Origin: Erysipelotrichaceae bacterium
GTDB taxonomy: Bacteria > Bacillota_I > Bacilli_A > Erysipelotrichales > Erysipelotrichaceae
NCBI GenBank assembly: GCA_030604855.1
Contig: JAUVVC010000002.1
Coordinates: 120,001-152,000, forward strand
DNA length: 32,000 bases
Reading direction: 5' to 3'
Shown here: piece by piece, positions 26,577 to 32,000 of the stretch
Layout: every line of letters begins with the position of its first letter
Position numbering within the stretch: position 1 is the first letter of the stretch
Program-made: the position numbers and the translations under genes
The notes under the pieces: model-generated
The model's input: only the letters and a program-made list of their open reading frames with translations
Told to the model about the DNA's origin: nothing
Databases searched by the model: none

Positions 26577-27890
26577 ATGTCAAAGTATCAAGTCCCAAGA
26601 GGGACACAAGATGTGTATGGTAAAGAAATCAAGAAGTGGCATAAGATCGAGCAATTGATTCGTGAAATGATGCAGGTCTATGGGTATGAAGAAGTCCGTA
26701 CTCCGGAGTTTGAACATACGGAAGTTTTTGCACGTGCCAATGATTCCAGTGATGTGATCAATAAGGAAATGTATACTTTCAAAGATCGTGGCGATCGTTC
26801 TTTAAGCTTGAAACCTGAAGGAACAGCGGGTCTGATCCGTAGTTTTGTCGAAAATAAATGGTACACGCAAGCGGATCTACCCTTTAAATACTATTATGTG
26901 AGTCCATGTTTCAGATATGAGCGTCCTCAAAAAGGACGGATGCGGATCCATCATCAATTCGGCATCGAGGTTTTAGGGGATAAGACGCCTTATATCGATG
27001 CGGAAGTCATTGGTTTGGGTTTGACCTTTGTTAGGACCTTAGGTTTGAATGACTTGAAAGTTTTGGTCAATACTTTGGGTGATCAAGAAAGCCGTCAAGC
27101 ATATAAGGATGCCTTGAAGAAACACTTCGAAAAAGATATCCATACGATGTGTGGGGACTGTCAACGTCGTTATGAACAGAATCCGCTTCGCATCTTGGAT
27201 TGCAAGGTGGATGCGCAACATGCGAGCATGTTAAGTGCACCTCGTCTTCAAGACTATTTGAATGAAGACTCCAAGGCATATTTCAATCAATTGGTAACAG
27301 TTTTGAAAGACAGTGGAGTCGAAGTTGAAGTTTCAGACCGCTTGGTTCGAGGTTTGGATTACTACACGCATACGGTTTTTGAAGTCGTCAGTGTGAACAA
27401 AGATATGGGATCGCAGGCAACGGTCTTTGGTGGGGGTCGATATGATCAACTCGTCGAAGAACTGGGTGGTCCTAAGATGAGTGGCATCGGTTTTGGCATG
27501 GGCATTGAGCGTTTATTGGTCGCTTTGGATGCGGAAGGCATTGAATTGGTTCAAGATGAAGGTATTGATGTCTATTGTGTCACCTTGGACGATGAAGCTT
27601 TGGATTATGCCTATCACTTGAGTAACTATCTACGTTTGAATGGCTATAAAGCGGACTATGACTATTATCGTCGTTCGTTCAAAGCTCAATTCAAAACGGT
27701 TGAACGAAAAGGGGCGAAGGTCGCCATTCTTCTCGGCCAGAATGAAATGTCAAAAGGTCAATTGGTTTTAAAAAATATCGCGACACAGGAGCAAATCACT
27801 TTGGGCGAACACGAAATCTTGCATCAGTTGGATCATTGGTTGAATGAGGATCATGTCTGTGAACATGAACATGGAGGAGAACATGCTTAA
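26577..27890 (+). CDS. hisS: histidine--tRNA ligase
   Basis: AAGGAGG RBS precedes ATG 26577. MSKYQVPRGTQDVYG N-terminus, FRYERPQKGRMRIHHQFG motif 2, GGGRYD, GFGMGIERL motif 3. Track start 26370 reads through the T-box leader. Confidence 0.96.
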   Translation: MSKYQVPRGTQDVYGKEIKKWHKIEQLIREMMQVYGYEEVRTPEFEHTEVFARANDSSDVINKEMYTFKDRGDRSLSLKPEGTAGLIRSFVENKWYTQADLPFKYYYVSPCFRYERPQKGRMRIHHQFGIEVLGDKTPYIDAEVIGLGLTFVRTLGLNDLKVLVNTLGDQESRQAYKDALKKHFEKDIHTMCGDCQRRYEQNPLRILDCKVDAQHASMLSAPRLQDYLNEDSKAYFNQLVTVLKDSGVEVEVSDRLVRGLDYYTHTVFEVVSVNKDMGSQATVFGGGRYDQLVEELGGPKMSGIGFGMGIERLLVALDAEGIELVQDEGIDVYCVTLDDEALDYAYHLSNYLRLNGYKADYDYYRRSFKAQFKTVERKGAKVAILLGQNEMSKGQLVLKNIATQEQITLGEHEILHQLDHWLNEDHVCEHEHGGEHA

Positions 27891-29628
27891 AACACATCAT
27901 TGTGGAGAATTGAATACAAGTTATCTCAATCAGAAGATCACCTTGGTTGGGTGGGTCAGCAAGCGACGTAATTTCGGTTCGATCGTTTTCATTGATTTAC
28001 GGGACCGTGAAGGCATCACGCAATGCGTTTTTGATGAGTCCATCAGTGAACAGATCAAAGATGTTCGTAATGAGTACATCTTACAGATCCATGGTGAGGT
28101 AATCCTACGTAAGGATGCGAATCCTAAGTTGGCTACGGGTGAAATCGAGGTCAAAGTAAGTTCCTTTAATGTCATCAATCAAGCAGAGTTGACACCGATG
28201 ATCATCCAAGATGAAACAGATGCCTTGGAAGACACGCGTTTGAAATATCGTTATTTGGACTTGCGACGTCCTGAGATGCAGAAGAAGTTGATTCAACGAG
28301 CTAAGATCGTACGTACAATGCGCAATTATCTGGATGACAATGGGTTCATCGATGTGGAGACACCGATGCTTACCAAGTCCACACCTGAAGGTTCACGTGA
28401 ATATTTGGTTCCTTCGCGGGTGCATGCCGGGGAATTCTATGCCTTGGCTCAATCTCCCCAGATTTTTAAACAATTGCTGATGATTTCTGGAATCGAACGC
28501 TATTACCAGATCGCACGTTGTTTCAGAGATGAAGATTTGCGTGCGGATCGTCAATTGGACTTTACACAGGTGGATATTGAAACATCCTTTTTGGAGGAAC
28601 ATGAATTTCAAGACTTGATTGAAGGCATGACCAAGGATGTGATGAAGGCTGTATTGAATCTGGAAGTCAAAACACCGTTCTTGAAGCTGTCTTACCAAGA
28701 TGCGATGGATCAATATGGCAGTGACAAGCCGGATAATCGCTTCGGATTGAAATTGAATGAAGTCAAGGATGTATTTGTTGGGACTGAATTTCCTGTCTTC
28801 CAGAATGCGTTGAGTCTCAAGGATGGAGCAATCAAAGCGATCGTCCTTAACGAGGGAGCTCATTTCACCCGTAAAGAAGTGGACGCGCTTAGCGATGTGG
28901 TAAAAAAGAACGGTGCGAAAGCTCTGGTTGCCTTGAAATATGTGAATGCTCAGTTAGAGGGCAGTGCGGTCAAATTCTTCAGTGAAGCGCAATGCAAAGC
29001 ATTGATTGATCAACTTGATTTGAAAGAAAATGATCTCGTGTTGCTTACAGCAGACCGTTGGGAGCGTGCGGCCAATGCCTTGGGTGCGGTTCGTCTAGCT
29101 CTGCGTGATAAGTTGAATCTTACTTCAAAAGCAGATTTCTCCTATCTTTGGGTCGTGGATTTCCCACTCTTTGAGTTTGATGAAGAAAACAATCGCTATG
29201 TCGCGAAACATCATCCGTTCACTCGGCCTAAAGTGAGTTCTGTAAAGGAACTCAAAGCACATCCTGAGTTGGCGAAAGCACATGCCTATGATTTGGTTTT
29301 GAACGGTTATGAAATCGCAGGGGGCTCGATGCGTATCTATGATCAAGCCATGCAGCGAACCATGTTTGAACTGATCGGTTTCACCCAAGAGCAGATTCAA
29401 GAACGTTTTGGTTTCTTCGTCGATGCCTTCAAGTATGGGACACCTCCACATGGTGGTATCGCCTTTGGTTTGGATCGTTTCGCGATGGTATTGACACAAT
29501 CCGATTCCTTGCGTGATGTCATCGCTTTCCCAAAGAATGCTTCGGCGCGTTGTCCGTTAACGGAAGCGCCAAGTCCGGTTGAGATGAAACAGTTGGAAGA
29601 ATTGCATCTCTTGATTGCAAAAGAATAA
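27883..29628 (+). CDS. aspS: aspartate--tRNA ligase
   Basis: GGAGGAG RBS precedes ATG 27883, which overlaps the hisS 3' end by 8 nt. OB-fold N-domain, FRDEDLRADRQ motif 2, GGSMRI, and GIAFGLDR motif 3. Confidence 0.96.
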   Translation: MLKTHHCGELNTSYLNQKITLVGWVSKRRNFGSIVFIDLRDREGITQCVFDESISEQIKDVRNEYILQIHGEVILRKDANPKLATGEIEVKVSSFNVINQAELTPMIIQDETDALEDTRLKYRYLDLRRPEMQKKLIQRAKIVRTMRNYLDDNGFIDVETPMLTKSTPEGSREYLVPSRVHAGEFYALAQSPQIFKQLLMISGIERYYQIARCFRDEDLRADRQLDFTQVDIETSFLEEHEFQDLIEGMTKDVMKAVLNLEVKTPFLKLSYQDAMDQYGSDKPDNRFGLKLNEVKDVFVGTEFPVFQNALSLKDGAIKAIVLNEGAHFTRKEVDALSDVVKKNGAKALVALKYVNAQLEGSAVKFFSEAQCKALIDQLDLKENDLVLLTADRWERAANALGAVRLALRDKLNLTSKADFSYLWVVDFPLFEFDEENNRYVAKHHPFTRPKVSSVKELKAHPELAKAHAYDLVLNGYEIAGGSMRIYDQAMQRTMFELIGFTQEQIQERFGFFVDAFKYGTPPHGGIAFGLDRFAMVLTQSDSLRDVIAFPKNASARCPLTEAPSPVEMKQLEELHLLIAKE

Positions 29629-29632
29629 TTTA

Positions 29633-29641
29633 TGTTATAAT
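29633..29641 (+). promoter_or_regulatory. extended -10 promoter TGTTATAAT for the downstream structured RNA
   Basis: It starts 5 nt after the aspS stop codon. TG at 29633-29634, TATAAT at 29636-29641. Confidence 0.55.
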
Positions 29642-29646
29642 TTAGT

Positions 29647-29826
29647 TACCCAAAAGGATCACGTTATTTCCGACACTTCGATATAAGGGAAACGGAAGTT
29701 GCTTATTTGTGTGAATGCCGGGCATTGCTTGGAATCCTAAGATTAAGCACATGTTACCCACCTGATAAACCAGGGAATATATCACCTTTTGGGACTCTAT
29801 TTAAACCCGTTGATACGGGTTTTATA
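29647..29826 (+). ncRNA. ssrS: probable 6S RNA (SsrS/BsrA-like); ends are approximate
   Basis: About 180 nt with no credible ORF, its own extended -10 promoter, and a terminator aaacccgt-tgat-acgggttt plus T (29803-29826). Long-range closing helix: 29649-29657 cccaaaagg pairs with 29785-29793 ccttttggg, extended by 29666-29671/29773-29778 and 29644-29646/29794-29796. Inner helix 29700-29705 tgctta / 29744-29749 taagca. The unpaired central region is asymmetric. The location downstream of aspS matches B. subtilis 6S-1. Confidence 0.55.
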
Positions 29827-29831
29827 TTGTT

Positions 29832-31562
29832 ATGATAAAAAGATTCATCACCTACTACAAACCGTATAAACATCTCTTTTTGTTGGACATCGTTTCAGCA
29901 ATTTTAATCGCATCCATTGATCTGATCACACCTCGCTTTACGAATTATCTGATTTCAAGCATTATACCTGAACAGAAATTCCAACGATTGATCGGGTGGT
30001 TGTTGATTTTGGGGATGTTTTTTATCGTGCGTGTGTTACTACAGTATGTTGTGGAGTATTGGGGGCATGTCTTGGGTGTTCGGATGGAACGTGACATGCG
30101 CAATGATCTCTTCAATCACATCCAAGGCTTGCCCATTCAGTATTTCGATCGCATGAAGGTTGGGAAGTTGATGTCGCGTTTGGTCAATGATTTGAATGAC
30201 ATCTCAGAAGTTGCGCATCATGGACCAGAAGACCTCTTGATTTCGATTGTTTTGTTGGTGGGCAGTTTCTACATGATGTACACCAGCAACCTTGAATTGG
30301 CGCTTGTGATGACGGTGCTAGTCCCCTTGATGATTTATATCGGAGTACGACAGAACCTTAAGTTTCGTAAAGCCTTTCGTGTCATGCGGGAGCGTTTGGC
30401 AGAAATCAATGCTCGTGTGGAAAGCAATTTTTCTGGCATACGCGTCGTCAAGGCGTTTACGGCTGAAGAGAGTGAGAGTGAGGACTTCGCTTTAGGGAAT
30501 GCACGTTTTCTGGTATCGCGTCAAGGTGCTTTGAAGGTTATGGCGGAGTTTGGGGTTACGGTCAAGTTTTTTGTTATGTTGATCACGTGGATGGTTCTGT
30601 TTGTTGGGGGTTATCTTGTCATACAGAATCGTATGACGGTGGGTTCCTTGGTGGAGTTCATCCTATATGTTCAACTGTTCCAGCAACCGATCACCAAGAT
30701 TTCAGCCTTCATCATGATGTACAATCAAGCGATGGCAGGTTTTGAGCGTTTCATTGAGATCATTGAGATCCCTATGCAAGAAGATCGTGAGGGTGCTGAA
30801 GTGATGAATGAAGTCAATGGTGACATTGCTTTTGAACATGTAAGCTTCCAGTATGACGAAGAAGGAGATCGACATGTTTTAAAAGATCTTTCCTTATCCA
30901 TTAATGCAGGTTCGAAAGTAGCTTTTGTTGGGCCAAGTGGAGGGGGAAAATCAACCCTATGCAGTTTGATTCCTCGCTTCTATGAGCTCAGCGAAGGCCA
31001 CATCTATGTCGATGGTAAGGATATCCAAGCGATTCAATTACAGAGTCTAAGACAAAATATCGGTATCGTTCAGCAAGATGTCTTCATTTTTGGCGGAACG
31101 ATTTTGCAAAACATTCGTTATGGGAAGAACGACGCTAGCGAAGAAGAAGTGATTCAAGCCGCAAAACAAGCACAGGCTTGGGAATTCATCGAATTGTTGG
31201 ATGAAGGTATCCATACGCAGATCGGTGAGCGTGGTGTGACACTTTCAGGTGGTCAAAGACAACGTATCGCACTCGCCCGCGTGTTTTTAAAGAATCCTAA
31301 GATTTTGATTTTTGATGAAGCAACCAGCGCTTTGGACAATCAAACGGAAAAAGAAATTCAAAAGACTCTGAATGCATTGAGCAAAGATCGCACAAGCTTG
31401 ATTGTAGCGCATCGTTTGTCAACGATTAAGGATGCGGATTGTATTTATGTATTAACGCCTAATGGGATCGTGGAAGAAGGGCGTCACGAAGATTTAATGT
31501 CTTTGGAGGGGGTCTATTATCAACTCTATACTAAAGAAAGTATCTACAATGGGATTAAATAA
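29832..31562 (+). CDS. ABC transporter, fused permease/ATP-binding protein (type I exporter, MsbA/LmrA-like half-transporter)
   Basis: N-terminal six-TM exporter domain (MIKRFITYYKPYKHLFLLD...). Walker A GPSGGGKST, signature LSGGQRQR, Walker B ILIFDEATSALD, H-loop VAHRLST. Confidence 0.93.
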   Translation: MIKRFITYYKPYKHLFLLDIVSAILIASIDLITPRFTNYLISSIIPEQKFQRLIGWLLILGMFFIVRVLLQYVVEYWGHVLGVRMERDMRNDLFNHIQGLPIQYFDRMKVGKLMSRLVNDLNDISEVAHHGPEDLLISIVLLVGSFYMMYTSNLELALVMTVLVPLMIYIGVRQNLKFRKAFRVMRERLAEINARVESNFSGIRVVKAFTAEESESEDFALGNARFLVSRQGALKVMAEFGVTVKFFVMLITWMVLFVGGYLVIQNRMTVGSLVEFILYVQLFQQPITKISAFIMMYNQAMAGFERFIEIIEIPMQEDREGAEVMNEVNGDIAFEHVSFQYDEEGDRHVLKDLSLSINAGSKVAFVGPSGGGKSTLCSLIPRFYELSEGHIYVDGKDIQAIQLQSLRQNIGIVQQDVFIFGGTILQNIRYGKNDASEEEVIQAAKQAQAWEFIELLDEGIHTQIGERGVTLSGGQRQRIALARVFLKNPKILIFDEATSALDNQTEKEIQKTLNALSKDRTSLIVAHRLSTIKDADCIYVLTPNGIVEEGRHEDLMSLEGVYYQLYTKESIYNGIK

Positions 31563-32000
31563 AACATATTTAAGATTAAATTACTACATTGGCTATTATA
31601 GACGTTTAAGTTTTAAATTGGATCCTCGAGGGGGTTTTTCTCAAGAGAATTTTGTCAAATTAAGAAAAGGGGACAAACATTATGGTCTGTTCCCAAATAA
31701 CAACATCATGTCTGTTAGTAACCTTTCACGAATGGAAAGAGGGATGATTGTTGTTAAGGTTCATGTGTATGATTTGCTCTTAGAAAAATTCGGCGCGGTC
31801 TTTGTGTTTAGAGAATCGAATATTAAGACACAAGATTACTTGTGCCAACGTTTGTTCAATCTTTTTTTTTGCTCTTCGAAAGGAATTGATGAAATAAAAG
31901 TTGAAATACGTAAGTATGATCAAGTATTTAGAGATAATTGCTTATGGCTTACTGACTTATATGCGATAGAAAACATTTTTTTATGGTTTGATGACAATTT
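31549..32000 (+). CDS. XRE-type helix-turn-helix transcriptional regulator, N-terminal 150 codons; the 3' end lies outside the window
   Basis: Absent from the ORF track because there is no stop codon in the window. I translated ATG 31549 to the window end with no stop: MGLNKTYLRLNYYIGYYRRLSFKLDPRGGFSQENFVKLRKGDKHYGLFPNNNIMSVSNLSRMERGMIVVKVHVYDLLLEKFGAVF.... The SQE...S.S.LSR.ERG...V..LL..FG pattern is HTH_XRE-like. The first in-frame stop upstream is at 31495-31497. Confidence 0.6.
   Translation, partial: MGLNKTYLRLNYYIGYYRRLSFKLDPRGGFSQENFVKLRKGDKHYGLFPNNNIMSVSNLSRMERGMIVVKVHVYDLLLEKFGAVFVFRESNIKTQDYLCQRLFNLFFCSSKGIDEIKVEIRKYDQVFRDNCLWLTDLYAIENIFLWFDDN

Noticed and set aside
27846-27890. 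His/Glu-rich C-terminal tail of HisRS (EDHVCEHEHGGEHA), considered as a metal-binding extension
   Set aside because: The tail's codons double as the RBS (GGAGGAG) and start region of the overlapping aspS gene. The sequence is more simply explained by that constraint.
29715-29765. 16-codon ORF (MPGIAWNPKIKHMLPT) inside the aspS-ABC intergenic RNA, considered as an attenuation leader peptide for the exporter
   Set aside because: It has no SD sequence and lies in the paired interior of the predicted RNA. No alternative antiterminator/terminator pairing with the 29803-29823 hairpin was evident. The 6S-like architecture explains the region better.
29832-31562. ABC exporter considered as part of a bacteriocin or peptide secretion system
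   Set aside because: There is no N-terminal C39 peptidase domain, since the protein starts directly with the TM domain. There is no adjacent precursor peptide, accessory (HlyD-like) or immunity gene within the window. It looks like a generic homodimeric multidrug/lipid-type exporter.
31862-31870. T9 homopolymer inside the HTH regulator ORF, considered as a slipped-strand phase-variation switch
   Set aside because: A single 9-nt T tract in AT-rich coding DNA (it encodes LFF) falls within chance expectation. Without population or long-read data showing length variation there is no support.

Overview
This window is an ordinary core housekeeping region of a low-GC Gram-positive (Bacillota) chromosome, with roughly mid-40s %GC by eye. 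I support 25 complete and 2 edge-truncated protein genes, all on the + strand except tmcAL.

Gene order: M19 dipeptidase (3' part), hpf, sepF, divIVA, T-box(Ile)-ileS, a TrmH-family methyltransferase, T-box(Phe)-pheS-pheT, yebC, tmcAL (-), an alpha/beta hydrolase, yceD-rpmF, mraZ-rsmH-ftsL-PBP2B-mraY-murD, a ComN-like gene, secDF, recJ, apt, relA, T-box(His)-hisS-aspS, a probable 6S RNA, an ABC exporter, and the 5' part of an XRE-type HTH regulator.

Two genes are missing from the supplied ORF track. rpmF (12862..13023) is under 60 aa. The HTH gene (31549..>32000) has no stop codon inside the window. Several track ORFs carry spurious N-terminal extensions that run through T-box leaders, terminators or promoters, and I trimmed them to starts preceded by a Shine-Dalgarno (SD) sequence.

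I found no CRISPR array, transposase or integrase, phage genes, toxin-antitoxin pair, or other defence or accessory cassette. I cannot honestly claim an undescribed system here.

The leads worth a second look are all regulatory or RNA-level:
- a roughly 180-nt structured RNA with its own promoter and terminator downstream of aspS (probably 6S RNA)
- a repeated terminator plus extended -10 module that places the ATG of two genes (possibly three) exactly at the predicted transcription start, suggesting leaderless mRNAs
- a four-repeat, 10-bp-phased GTG[G/T] array in front of mraZ, probably the MraZ operator
- an orphan strong terminator upstream of mraZ
- an AT-rich, atypical HTH regulator gene at the right edge that overlaps the ABC exporter stop codon
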